Shown: positions 1 through 8,452 of the stretch, piece by piece
Numbering within the stretch: the stretch's first letter is position 1
Layout: every line of letters starts with the position of its first letter
Origin: an uncultured virus (IMG/VR IMGVR_UViG_3300037993_000206)
Taxonomy: Duplodnaviria; Heunggongvirae; Uroviricota; Caudoviricetes
Virus record (IMG/VR): IMGVR_UViG_3300037993_000206
Direction: 5' to 3' (one strand)
Length of the DNA stretch: 24,750 nt
Made by a program: the position numbers and the translations under genes
Notes under the pieces: model-generated
Databases searched by the model: none
The model's input: only the letters and a program-made list of their open reading frames with translations
What the model was told of the DNA's origin: nothing

Positions 1-57
1 CTGGTTATTTTTTGGAACTTAGAACGAATTAAGAAACTGTTTAAACGGAGTAAATAA
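1..57 (+). CDS. 3' end of an upstream gene (…LVIFWNLERIKKLFKRSK*)
   Basis: Open frame from base 1 to TAA at 55-57, overlapping the next ATG (TAATG). Confidence 0.55.
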   Translation: MVIFWNLERIKKLFKRSK

Positions 58-476
58 TGCTTGCTAAGTTTGTATTTGTAACTGAAATTCATCAAGACAA
101 AACTAAAAATGGAACACCCTATACCTACATTTTTGACCAGGATAAAACCCGATGGTCATTCTTTAAAGGTGAAAAAGTAGAAACAAATAAAGGGTATATC
201 TTTCACTATGAAGAAGAAAATGGATTCTTTAATGTGAAACAAATTGAACCGGCTACTAACGTATTTAAAGTTGAAGCAGCAAAGGAACTCGCATCAAAGA
301 ATGACATCGTAAGGAATCTAGGAATTGCTACTTCGTATGCTGTCGATTTAGTAAATGGGAAATCTATTGAGTTAAAGGATTTAGAGACTTATGCCTTGAA
401 GTTATATAAGTTCATTCAATCCGAATCAGAGAGTATGTATAATGCTACTCAAACACCTAAACAAGAAATAAAGTAA
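57..476 (+). CDS. Hypothetical protein, possible OB-fold ssDNA-binding protein
   Basis: RBS GGAG upstream; beta-rich aromatic N-half (KTKNGTPYTYI…WSFF…FNVKQI) plus helical C-half. The fold is a guess. Confidence 0.6.
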   Translation: MLAKFVFVTEIHQDKTKNGTPYTYIFDQDKTRWSFFKGEKVETNKGYIFHYEEENGFFNVKQIEPATNVFKVEAAKELASKNDIVRNLGIATSYAVDLVNGKSIELKDLETYALKLYKFIQSESESMYNATQTPKQEIK

Positions 477-488
477 GGAGATATTAAA

Positions 489-692
489 ATGGAACGATGT
501 GAAATCTGCGGTAAAACAGATGCTATCCAATTCCCAAATATTTATAATTTATCTCTATGTAATTATTGTTTTAACAGTGATAAGTTTAGGAACGAAATTC
601 ACTCAATTCAAACCAACTGGACATCTCAACGTAACCTTGCTCTTCAATTATTAAAGTGTACATCTATCTCTAATAGAGCGTTTGGAGAATGA
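489..692 (+). CDS. Small Zn-finger protein
   Basis: AAGGAG RBS; CEIC…CNYC. Confidence 0.7.
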   Translation: MERCEICGKTDAIQFPNIYNLSLCNYCFNSDKFRNEIHSIQTNWTSQRNLALQLLKCTSISNRAFGE

Positions 693-1084
693 TTAGAAAC
701 GAACCACGTAAACCAATTATCGGGCAAAGGAATGGCTTAAATATTCGCCAAATCCTGAGAGCAAAAACCAAACTTAAAGTGCAAAAACCAATCAACAAAA
801 TCACGCAAAAACAAAGAGAACGGAATAAGAACTGGTCAGAAGTAACTAACAAAAGAATAGAACAAACTGGTAGTCGTTGTGAATGGTGCGGCAAACTCGG
901 ACAACGAAACGGAACCTTAAATTTTCTGTCTGGTCATCATAAAGTCAAAAGACGATTTGGTAATGATTCAATCGAAAACTGCTACGTGGCACACATGATT
1001 AGCTGTCACCAATTTATAGAGGATAATTCAGTTGATGTTTCAATTTATAAAAATAGACTAGATTGGGAGAAACGAAATGCGTAA
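689..1084 (+). CDS. HNH-type nuclease-like protein
   Basis: ATGA overlap; RCEWCG…GHHKVKRR…NCYVAHMISCHQFIE matches the CxxC-HH-N-CH pattern. Confidence 0.7.
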   Translation: MIRNEPRKPIIGQRNGLNIRQILRAKTKLKVQKPINKITQKQRERNKNWSEVTNKRIEQTGSRCEWCGKLGQRNGTLNFLSGHHKVKRRFGNDSIENCYVAHMISCHQFIEDNSVDVSIYKNRLDWEKRNA

Positions 1085-1511
1085 ATATACTTGTCACGAT
1101 TGCGGTGCTAAAGAGGGAGAGTTACATCAAACAGGTTGTGATATGGAAAGATGCCCTTTTTGTGGCGGTCAATTAATTTCATGCGACTGTGTTTATAAAC
1201 TACTTAACATCGATAATTCCAAAGGGACATGGGCTTACGAACACGGTTTAACTAATGAACAATCCCAACAATGGGATAAGTTACTCAAAGCAAAGGGCTT
1301 AATACCTTACATAGTTGTACCTTTAAGATGTAAAATTTGCGGTGAAGAATGGCCTAACTTTTTTGGAGTAGAAGATGATATTTGGAAAAAGTATGTTATC
1401 CCTGAATTACAACATGAAATCCTTTGTAAACCTTGTTATAACCATCAAGTTAAACTATTTCCTAATGGTTGGCGAAATGCAAAATTGGTAAAAGAACCGG
1501 TAGGAGTTTAA
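1077..1511 (+). CDS. Cys-rich metal-binding phage protein
   Basis: CHDC…H…CDMERCPFCGGQLISCDC plus a second CKIC…CKPC. Confidence 0.8.
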   Translation: MRKYTCHDCGAKEGELHQTGCDMERCPFCGGQLISCDCVYKLLNIDNSKGTWAYEHGLTNEQSQQWDKLLKAKGLIPYIVVPLRCKICGEEWPNFFGVEDDIWKKYVIPELQHEILCKPCYNHQVKLFPNGWRNAKLVKEPVGV

Positions 1512-1515
1512 TTGT

Positions 1516-1695
1516 ATGTGCGACTACGAGACTTCTTATGCATTAGGAATAGGACTTATTATTATCGCAATATTTTGTGCAATATCTACGTTATTCTTTG
1601 CACTATTGCATGATAATCATTTCATTGTGACAATGGTCTTCATATTTATTACAGGTATACCAGGAACTTATTTAGTAAATAGAAAACCAGAGTAA
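1516..1695 (+). CDS. 59-aa two-TM membrane protein (not in ORF track)
   Basis: AGGAG at 1502-1506; MCDYETSYALGIGLIIIAIFCAISTLFFALLHDNHFIVTMVFIFITGIPGTYLVNRKPE*; fills the gap between genes. Confidence 0.7.
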   Translation: MCDYETSYALGIGLIIIAIFCAISTLFFALLHDNHFIVTMVFIFITGIPGTYLVNRKPE

Positions 1696-1700
1696 ATTTT

Positions 1701-2099
1701 ATGAATGATGCATATAGTAAACCTACAGACCATCTATCACAAATGAATCCGGTTGATATACAGCATTACGTACAGACTGACCTCGAAATCAGAATAGAAA
1801 ACGCATTAGGTAAAGGCAAAGAGAACGCCATTAAAATGCGTGAATTAAAACAAAAGTTAGGGTTAAAAACCGACCGGAAAATCCGTTTAGCAATCGCCAA
1901 TATGAGACTTCATAACATTGGTATCTTATCAGACACAACGCATGGTTATTGGTGCGATAGTTCCTACTCAGAATGTGAAGATTGGCTTAACTTCATGACC
2001 AGCTATATTGCAGACCTGGCGCATGAGATAAAGTGCATCAAAACCTATGCCGAAAATAAATACCATCGGGTTTATCAGTTACCTTTATTTTTAAAATAA
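1701..2099 (+). CDS. Winged-HTH-like phage protein
   Basis: GKENAIKMRELKQKLG…DRKIRLAIANMR…GYW pattern. Confidence 0.7.
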   Translation: MNDAYSKPTDHLSQMNPVDIQHYVQTDLEIRIENALGKGKENAIKMRELKQKLGLKTDRKIRLAIANMRLHNIGILSDTTHGYWCDSSYSECEDWLNFMTSYIADLAHEIKCIKTYAENKYHRVYQLPLFLK

Positions 2100-2103
2100 G
2101 GTA

Positions 2104-2138
2104 TTGACAAGTGATTAATCATATGGTAGTATTAAAGT
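2104..2138 (+). promoter_or_regulatory. Sigma70-type promoter, probably leaderless, with palindromic operator
   Basis: TTGACA (2104-2109), 17 bp, TGG-TAGTAT (-10 at 2127-2132), ATG 6 nt later with no SD; palindrome TGATTAATCA (2112-2121) in the spacer. Confidence 0.75.
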
Positions 2139-2339
2139 ATGGATAAAGAAGAAATTAAAGAATTGCGAAATATATTGGGTCTATCTCAACAGGAATTTGC
2201 TAATAAAATAGGTGTTGGGATTGCAACCATTACAAGATGGGAAATCGGTAAGTGTAAACCAAGTAGAATGGCTAACCGTAAATTAATCGCCATAAAACAT
2301 CGGACTAAAAAACTTATAATAAATAACGGGGGAATTTAA
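2139..2339 (+). CDS. XRE/Cro-family HTH regulator
   Basis: IKELRNILGLSQQEFANKIGVGIATITRWEIGKCKPS. Confidence 0.92.
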   Translation: MDKEEIKELRNILGLSQQEFANKIGVGIATITRWEIGKCKPSRMANRKLIAIKHRTKKLIINNGGI

Positions 2340-2734
2340 TGGATAGATTATTGAAAGACGCAACAGTACAAGAACTAAACCTTGAACTTATGAAGCGTGG
2401 AAGTTTTAACAGTTTTGATGGTGAAAAGATTGTTAAATCACTTCAAGACCATCCCGATTTATGGATAGGTGCTATGATGGTTCAAGAAAGTGTTGGGGAA
2501 CAAGACTTAATTTCATTAAGGGATATGAATAACCCTAAATATGGTTATGATGCTTGGAATATTGGAACTTTATTTATTTCAGCAAAACAAGGCAAAGAAA
2601 AAGAGCTTGAACAATTAGCTAAATCGGATGAATGGAGTGCGGATGAAATTGATTACATCAAACCTGATAAATTAGGTTCTATGTTAGGAACCGGACGACC
2701 TACATTCCAAGTATTAAGAGTTTGGTGGGACTAG
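2339..2734 (+). CDS. Hypothetical protein with C-terminal RVWWD
   Basis: TAATG coupling to the HTH gene; GGGGG RBS. Confidence 0.75.
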   Translation: MDRLLKDATVQELNLELMKRGSFNSFDGEKIVKSLQDHPDLWIGAMMVQESVGEQDLISLRDMNNPKYGYDAWNIGTLFISAKQGKEKELEQLAKSDEWSADEIDYIKPDKLGSMLGTGRPTFQVLRVWWD

Positions 2735-2971
2735 ATGATACGTTATAGCGAATTATCCAAAACACAAAAGGCCGTTATTGATGGTATGCGATTAGGTGGT
2801 AAGTTATATTATGATTTACGGTCTTGTGAATTTTCGCTATTAGACGAAAGAGGATTTAATATTAAAGTTAAATTTGCAACAGGTCATTCTTTAGAGTCAC
2901 GTAATTTTGTTTTAATGTTGAAGCACGAAAACGATAAAATATTCTATCAACTAAATCCAGATATCAGTTAG
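2735..2971 (+). CDS. Hypothetical protein
   Basis: ATG directly follows the previous TAG. Confidence 0.65.
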   Translation: MIRYSELSKTQKAVIDGMRLGGKLYYDLRSCEFSLLDERGFNIKVKFATGHSLESRNFVLMLKHENDKIFYQLNPDIS

Positions 2972-3013
2972 GTCTTTTAAACCAAAATAAAAATAAAAAA
3001 GGAGTTAAGTAAA

Positions 3014-3265
3014 ATGGATTTCAATGTAGTAGACAAACCTATTTTAAAAAAGGAAGGGGGCAAGAATAAGAATCAAGAGTTAATTGATGCAATAAGCAAC
3101 TTGCCATCGGGAAAAGCTATCTCATTCACTTTCCAAAATTACAAAGGGGCATTAGATAAACGGAATAGTTCTGGTATGATACTACGTAAGGTTGGAATTA
3201 AAATATCCACTAACATTATCCCAAATAAATCTCAATATATCCTCTACATTTCTAAAAAAGAGTAG
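3014..3265 (+). CDS. Small basic hypothetical protein
   Basis: AAGGAG RBS; Lys-rich. Confidence 0.7.
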   Translation: MDFNVVDKPILKKEGGKNKNQELIDAISNLPSGKAISFTFQNYKGALDKRNSSGMILRKVGIKISTNIIPNKSQYILYISKKE

Positions 3266-3266
3266 G

Positions 3267-3706
3267 TCTTTAAAGGGTGGCTATGCGCCCGTTATAGCTA
3301 AGTGTTCACTCGGATTGCCTGACAGATAATCTAAAGGAATCACCCTTAGAGATAGGTATTAGCCCCGAAATATACTAGGACACGATATATTCAGATGATT
3401 GAGTCTGAAAGAAGTTGATAAGCGTGGGGTGAGTAAAATCGATTAAATCTCACTAGTGGTTAGTACCTTAATTTAACAAAGGTTTGAATTTAAAAATGGA
3501 GGCGGCAATTGAAAACAAAAATTAGGTCGCCTACTTGAACTTTAACACTAGAATATTTACCTGCCACTCTGAGAAGTCCCTGAGTATTTGGGGTCATACC
3601 ATCCGTGAGGAGATGGCAGAGCTAACAAAACGTAGTAGTGTCGTAACCTCATGTTGAGGACATAGGCTACTGGCGGCTTTGGTAGTTGAGCGTTATCAAC
3701 TATCAC
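3267..3706 (+). ncRNA. Candidate structured RNA region (unassigned)
   Basis: ORF-free, more GC-rich than its flanks, with at least eight helices found by eye (listed in findings). No family recognised; strand assumed from flanking genes. Confidence 0.35.
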
Positions 3707-3715
3707 GAGGGGAAA

Positions 3716-3814
3716 ATGACAAATGAAGAAATTGTAAAATTGAGTTTTAAAACTAAAGCTAAAAAATGGTATGTCACAGTCGGAAACAGAGGATCAGTCC
3801 GAACTCAAAAATAA
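3716..3814 (+). CDS. 32-aa basic peptide (not in ORF track)
   Basis: GAGGGG RBS; MTNEEIVKLSFKTKAKKWYVTVGNRGSVRTQK*. Confidence 0.4.
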   Translation: MTNEEIVKLSFKTKAKKWYVTVGNRGSVRTQK

Positions 3815-3835
3815 ATTAAAGGAGAACATAAAGTA

Positions 3836-4015
3836 ATGGTCACACGTATTAAGACAGTTCCAAAGTGTAAGTATTGTGGTCGTGGGTATCTTTTAAAAGC
3901 CTCACCAGACGGAGTAGGATTTATTTGTGATAATGGTTGCAGTAATCCACCAGTTATACCACATATTAGTTACTATCCACAATCAACTTCTAAAGTTTAT
4001 GACAATCCAGAGTAG
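3836..4015 (+). CDS. 59-aa Zn-ribbon protein (not in ORF track)
   Basis: AAGGAG RBS; MVTRIKTVPKCKYCGRGYLLKASPDGVGFICDNGC…. Confidence 0.65.
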   Translation: MVTRIKTVPKCKYCGRGYLLKASPDGVGFICDNGCSNPPVIPHISYYPQSTSKVYDNPE

Positions 4016-4026
4016 GAGAATTTAAA

Positions 4027-4326
4027 ATGAAAGTTAAGTTGATGCTATTCTCTATTTTAATAATCAGTATTATTTTTATTGCAGGTTGTGGCGAAACTAT
4101 AAATAATGGTGCGAAACTTACTAATAATTCAACCTACGATAATGGTAGAAATTTAGTTTTTATAAATACTAACGATGTTAATTTACTATTAACCTTAACG
4201 CAAGCATGGATTGATGCTAACCCAAATAAGACTATTCTTTCTATGGCGACTACCCCTGCTGGGAAAGGTTTTGTTAGTAGTGGAAATTCTGTAACAGGGA
4301 ATGGTTTAATTATCTACTATAAGTAA
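4027..4326 (+). CDS. Putative lipoprotein
   Basis: Basic N-terminus, hydrophobic stretch, lipobox IAG-C; AGGAG RBS. Confidence 0.8.
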   Translation: MKVKLMLFSILIISIIFIAGCGETINNGAKLTNNSTYDNGRNLVFINTNDVNLLLTLTQAWIDANPNKTILSMATTPAGKGFVSSGNSVTGNGLIIYYK

Positions 4327-4337
4327 AGAGGTTTAAA

Positions 4338-4538
4338 ATGATCGGATTTTTAATTGGCGCAATTTTAGCAACTTTTATTACGCTATATTTTGCAAAGAAA
4401 GAAGTGAGGGACAAGGTTAATTTAAGTATTTTAGGGCTGATTGATAGGATAGGTAAGAAACCAGAACCTAAGAAGAAACCCAATAAAAGGATAGTCAAAC
4501 CAAAGTCTAAAGTCGAACCAAAGAAGCAAGAAAGTTAA
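4338..4538 (+). CDS. Small membrane-anchored protein with Lys/Pro-rich tail
   Basis: N-terminal TM segment; GAGG RBS. Confidence 0.7.
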   Translation: MIGFLIGAILATFITLYFAKKEVRDKVNLSILGLIDRIGKKPEPKKKPNKRIVKPKSKVEPKKQES

Positions 4539-4555
4539 GTTTAGGAGAAATAAAA

Positions 4556-4798
4556 ATGCAACCAAGATGCACTGAGTGTGGTAAATGAATTTCAAGTCCA
4601 AAACAGTTTCATCAATGTATGTGTGAAACGATAATTATGAACCAGACTGGGAAGATAATCGGCAAAGGGAAGTCAACGCAATTCCGATCATCGATTAGAA
4701 ACGCTAGTCGTCAAGCAAAAATTCCAGCAGGTAAAAAGAATAACCATTTCAGAGTAGTAACAACTACAATTATTGTAGAAGAAAACCGACAAAAATAA
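4556..4798 (+). pseudogene. 80-codon Zn-finger-like gene interrupted by TGA at codon 11
   Basis: AGGAG RBS; MQPRCTECGK*ISSPKQFHQCMC…; TGA at 4586-4588; frame stays open 69 more sense codons to TAA at 4796-4798. Confidence 0.6.
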
Positions 4799-4858
4799 GT
4801 AGGCAAAGTGCCTATCAACATATAAAGTTTAAAAAATAAAAAGTAGGAGAAAATTATT

Positions 4859-5122
4859 ATGATTATCAATGGTGGCGAACTGGCAATCTTATTGGGAAGT
4901 GCGGTAGTCTTAACTGGAACTGCGGTTTGGGGCGCACGTAGAGCGGTGAAAGGTTTAATCGCTATGAAAAAGTCCGGCGAATATGACGCAATCGCTAAAG
5001 AGTTTAAAGAGAAGTCGGTCAATGAATGGCTCGCATCTGCGCCTGTCGCTAAGCCTGAAACCGAAAAATCCACTACGCCTTGTACCCCTGATCTAACCCA
5101 TGCTATAAAACCTGTAAAATAA
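4859..5122 (+). CDS. Small membrane-anchored protein
   Basis: AGGAG RBS; N-terminal hydrophobic helix. Confidence 0.7.
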   Translation: MIINGGELAILLGSAVVLTGTAVWGARRAVKGLIAMKKSGEYDAIAKEFKEKSVNEWLASAPVAKPETEKSTTPCTPDLTHAIKPVK

Positions 5123-5137
5123 TATCCAAAAGATTAA

Positions 5138-5170
5138 GTGGGGTTTGGTTCATACCAGCCCCACAATTTT
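5138..5170 (+). terminator. Putative intrinsic terminator/hairpin
   Basis: GTGGGGTTTGGT-TCAT-ACCAGCCCCAC stem followed by AATTTT, just after a stop codon; weak U-tract. Confidence 0.45.
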
Positions 5171-5190
5171 AAAAGGGATGGTAAGATAAA

Positions 5191-5343
5191 ATGAATTGGT
5201 GGATATTAACAATAATCATAGTGTTTGCAATTATCTTTTTTATGGCTCTTTACTTTTTAGTCCGGTCAGTTGGTAAAAAGGGCGAAGATTTAGACGAACA
5301 GGATAAAGAGAATGAAAAGAAAGATGTGCCAAAAATAAAGTAG
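5191..5343 (+). CDS. 50-aa single-TM protein with charged tail (not in ORF track)
   Basis: MNWWILTIIIVFAIIFFMALYFLVRSVGKKGEDLDEQDKENEKKDVPKIK*. Confidence 0.7.
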   Translation: MNWWILTIIIVFAIIFFMALYFLVRSVGKKGEDLDEQDKENEKKDVPKIK

Positions 5344-5354
5344 GAAGATGATAA

Positions 5355-5627
5355 TTGAACATACACACATTTGTAAAAGCCTTTAATAAAGGTTTTGGCA
5401 ACCATGCAACCGCTAAAGAAACAAAAGACGGATTAGAGATAAAAGTTGATGGTAAAATTGCATCGTTTGATAAAGATGGAACATTAGTCGCCTATGCTAC
5501 CGCACACAAAGCAGCCACAAAAACAGTCAAGAAACAAAGCAAAGTTAAGCCAACAACTAAAGTAAAAACAGTTAAGAAAGAAACAGATAGCGATGATGAT
5601 TGGGATTGGTTCAGACCTATAAAATAA
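5355..5627 (+). CDS. Hypothetical Lys-rich protein
   Basis: TTG start after AGGA; basic linker, acidic/Trp C-terminus. Confidence 0.65.
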   Translation: MNIHTFVKAFNKGFGNHATAKETKDGLEIKVDGKIASFDKDGTLVAYATAHKAATKTVKKQSKVKPTTKVKTVKKETDSDDDWDWFRPIK

Positions 5628-5640
5628 TAAAGGATTACCT

Positions 5641-6798
5641 ATGAGTAAAACTACCTATGGGCGTATTGCATTTGACGGTCTTAACAGTCAAATCTTTAAA
5701 CCTAATGAGAATACAGACATAGAAGATTACCAATCTAATAAAAAGGTTATAGATATGGCATATCCAGAGATTACCACTGAGGGTAAAAATGTAATATTCG
5801 CTTTCAAATCAAAGAAAGATGCGATGAATACCGTTACTAAAGCAATAAAGGCTAATTATCCTGATATCATTAGTGTCGAATGTGGCTGTGATGTTTTGAC
5901 TGGCGACCCCGATAAAGATAGTTCTGACCATTACGAAGATGATGCCATTATGATAACCCAACCACCTGACGACCAGGGCGAAACGCTATTCCATTTGGGG
6001 CATGTCCATATTCAAAGAGTAGGGATTAATAACAAAAAGTGGGGGATAGTAATACAGATAAAGGATTGGAGAAACCATAATATTCCACAAAAAGTATATT
6101 TGGCACAAGCAATGGGATATAAGTCAACCCAACCTCTGATGGGTAATGATAGTAAAGCACATACACAACTAAAAGTAAAGGATAATGTACATACTAATTC
6201 GATTGAAGTATTACCTAACCCTACTGAATCGTTAGAGACTAGATTGTCAAAAGATTTACCTTATCTTAATTTTGCGAAAGGAATAAAATCATTTAACGGG
6301 ATAAAGGGCGAATGGGACACGTTTAAAAACATGAATTGGGATAATCCACTAAATAACACTCTGATTGACTTAACTAAAACGAAACAATTAGTTATTGATT
6401 TATATGGGAAGGGCTTGAATTTTATCCTATTAGCTTATGAAATTTACAAACAAATCAACCAAACAAGTTATAAAGAATTACAGTTAGAACATGACGACCT
6501 AGCACAACAAATAAGCAAAATTAAAGATACTGATTGCACATTATTTACGACCTTAAATCAGGCTCTCGCTAAAAATACTGACTTATTAACAATGGTTAAG
6601 AGTAAACAAGATAGGATAGATGAATTATTAGGGCAAGTGAGTCTTTGTAAAGATTCTATATTAGAGATTCGTTTAGCCTTACCAGAACTTCTTAACCATC
6701 AAGCAAAAGATAGTGTAGATAAATTAGTTACAGAGGCAAAAGATAGAGTCGGGTTTGGTCAAAGATTACTTGACGAATACAAAATACAGGGGTTATAA
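5641..6798 (+). CDS. Hypothetical protein with C-terminal coiled coil
   Basis: 385-aa ORF, AAGGA RBS, heptad-like C-terminal third. Confidence 0.8.
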   Translation: MSKTTYGRIAFDGLNSQIFKPNENTDIEDYQSNKKVIDMAYPEITTEGKNVIFAFKSKKDAMNTVTKAIKANYPDIISVECGCDVLTGDPDKDSSDHYEDDAIMITQPPDDQGETLFHLGHVHIQRVGINNKKWGIVIQIKDWRNHNIPQKVYLAQAMGYKSTQPLMGNDSKAHTQLKVKDNVHTNSIEVLPNPTESLETRLSKDLPYLNFAKGIKSFNGIKGEWDTFKNMNWDNPLNNTLIDLTKTKQLVIDLYGKGLNFILLAYEIYKQINQTSYKELQLEHDDLAQQISKIKDTDCTLFTTLNQALAKNTDLLTMVKSKQDRIDELLGQVSLCKDSILEIRLALPELLNHQAKDSVDKLVTEAKDRVGFGQRLLDEYKIQGL

Positions 6799-6799
6799 A

Positions 6800-7060
6800 A
6801 TGAATATTTTGATAATCGGTAAGTCAGGTGTCGGTAAATCGAATTTAGCAGACTTACTTAAAAATCTCATCTTTAAAATGGATAAACAATCTAATATTAC
6901 GATTAATGACCCTGACAGAGAAGTTAAACAATTTGGCAGTGGGATTAGTTGTCATACTATAACAGTAGTAAGGGACAAAGTTGAAGCCAATGAGTTTGAA
7001 TACGATATTGAAATAGAGATAAAAACTAATCAATTTAAAGATTGGTTCGATAAATTATAA
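6800..7060 (+). CDS. Very small P-loop protein (86 aa)
   Basis: Start reassigned to ATG 6800 (AGGGG RBS): MNILIIGKSGVGKS, a Walker A at the N-terminus. Confidence 0.7.
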   Translation: MNILIIGKSGVGKSNLADLLKNLIFKMDKQSNITINDPDREVKQFGSGISCHTITVVRDKVEANEFEYDIEIEIKTNQFKDWFDKL

Positions 7061-7075
7061 AAAGGAGAATATAAA

Positions 7076-8260
7076 ATGGTAGAAACAAACAGCACTGGAT
7101 TAGCCACTATAGATGTAAAACCCGCAACCCCACCTGAAGGATTAACTGAATCCCAAATAAAAGACATCAATGCTCATGCCCAAAAATCAGTAGATACATT
7201 ACTCACTACTAAAGGTTCTGAAATGATGACAGCATCAGAACAAATAACCAATGTGGGGATTCAAGACCAAAAGACTATCTCAAATGGTATTGCTTTACTA
7301 CAAGAAAAAATGGGAGGTATATTTTACAGTAAGGACAAAAGTAATGTCACTGATAATATGAGTAAGGATATTACCGAATTACAAAATGTTCTCGCTAAGA
7401 TTAACCCTACAGATATTCAAAAAGAAGGACGCTATAGACTAATCCGTATAATTCCTTTCTTTGGAGATAAAATTGTTAATATTCTCAAAGAATCATCAAA
7501 TAAAGGAATGACTTTACAACAATTTGTTGAACATTTAGACGAAAGTTTAAAGACTGGCGAAACTATGTTACGACAAGATAATGCTCAATTAAAAGTTATG
7601 TATCAAGACCTTGAGGGAAAACAGAAATTAATCAACGCGGATGCCTATTTTGCAGAGGTCTTAATGGAAAAACTATCTGACGCAATCGCTACCACTACTG
7701 ATGAAAAAGTTAAAAATAATCTCAATAAAATCCTGTTTAAAGTAGCTACAAGAGCGCAAGATTTACGAGCCATGAATAATATCCATGAACAATTCTTTGT
7801 GAGTATTGAAATGGCAAGGGATAATAACGACCTACTAATTGATGGTGCGAGACGTATGATTACAATGGGTATGAATGTAGTCTATGTCTCAATGGCTATC
7901 CATACCGCACTTATTAGAGCTAAGAACGTAAAAGATGTTGAAGTAGGAACAGGTGAGTTTATTGGTAAAATGTTAGTCAGTAATGCAACAATCATTAATG
8001 GGATGGTTACTGAAATTGGTGACCTTTACAAACGACCATTTGTTTCAATGGAGATGATGGAAAAAGCTGTTGCCCAACTTGAACAAGCTATCGATTCAAC
8101 TAATAAATTAAAGGCAGAGGGAATTGAAAGAGCAAAAGAGAATATCGTAAAAATCAAGATAATGACCGATGAAATTAAAAACAAATCCGGCCAACTACCA
8201 GACAGCGATATTAAAAGCCTTGAAGCAAGTAAAACACTCTTATTAGATAGTGGCAAATAA
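7076..8260 (+). CDS. telA: Toxic anion resistance protein, TelA/KlaA family
   Basis: 394 aa, all-helical; L…KINP…IRIIPFFG, LRQDNAQLKVMY, RAQDL…QFFVSIEMARDNNDLLIDGARR follow the TelA pattern. Confidence 0.75.
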   Translation: MVETNSTGLATIDVKPATPPEGLTESQIKDINAHAQKSVDTLLTTKGSEMMTASEQITNVGIQDQKTISNGIALLQEKMGGIFYSKDKSNVTDNMSKDITELQNVLAKINPTDIQKEGRYRLIRIIPFFGDKIVNILKESSNKGMTLQQFVEHLDESLKTGETMLRQDNAQLKVMYQDLEGKQKLINADAYFAEVLMEKLSDAIATTTDEKVKNNLNKILFKVATRAQDLRAMNNIHEQFFVSIEMARDNNDLLIDGARRMITMGMNVVYVSMAIHTALIRAKNVKDVEVGTGEFIGKMLVSNATIINGMVTEIGDLYKRPFVSMEMMEKAVAQLEQAIDSTNKLKAEGIERAKENIVKIKIMTDEIKNKSGQLPDSDIKSLEASKTLLLDSGK

Positions 8261-8287
8261 GTAAAATAATAAAAAGCAGGTGACTAG

Positions 8288-8446
8288 GTGTCATGGGAAA
8301 GATACGTTTTAATAGGGGTTTTAATTGGTTTGTTTTGTGGGTTTTGGATTTACCTTTATAAACCACGTAAATGGTTAATGGCAGGGATAAACTGGGTTAT
8401 GCTTAGATTACACGAACTATTAAATAGGCTAGATGGTCGAGATTAA
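8288..8446 (+). CDS. 52-aa membrane protein (not in ORF track)
   Basis: AGGTGA RBS, GTG start; MSWERYVLIGVLIGLFCGFWIYLYKPRKW…. Confidence 0.55.
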   Translation: MSWERYVLIGVLIGLFCGFWIYLYKPRKWLMAGINWVMLRLHELLNRLDGRD

Positions 8447-8452
8447 AACAAT

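Noticed and set aside
3287..3352. tRNA gene (TAGCTAAGTG resembles a D-arm start)
   Set aside because: No TTCRA T-loop, no matching acceptor stem and no canonical anticodon arm.
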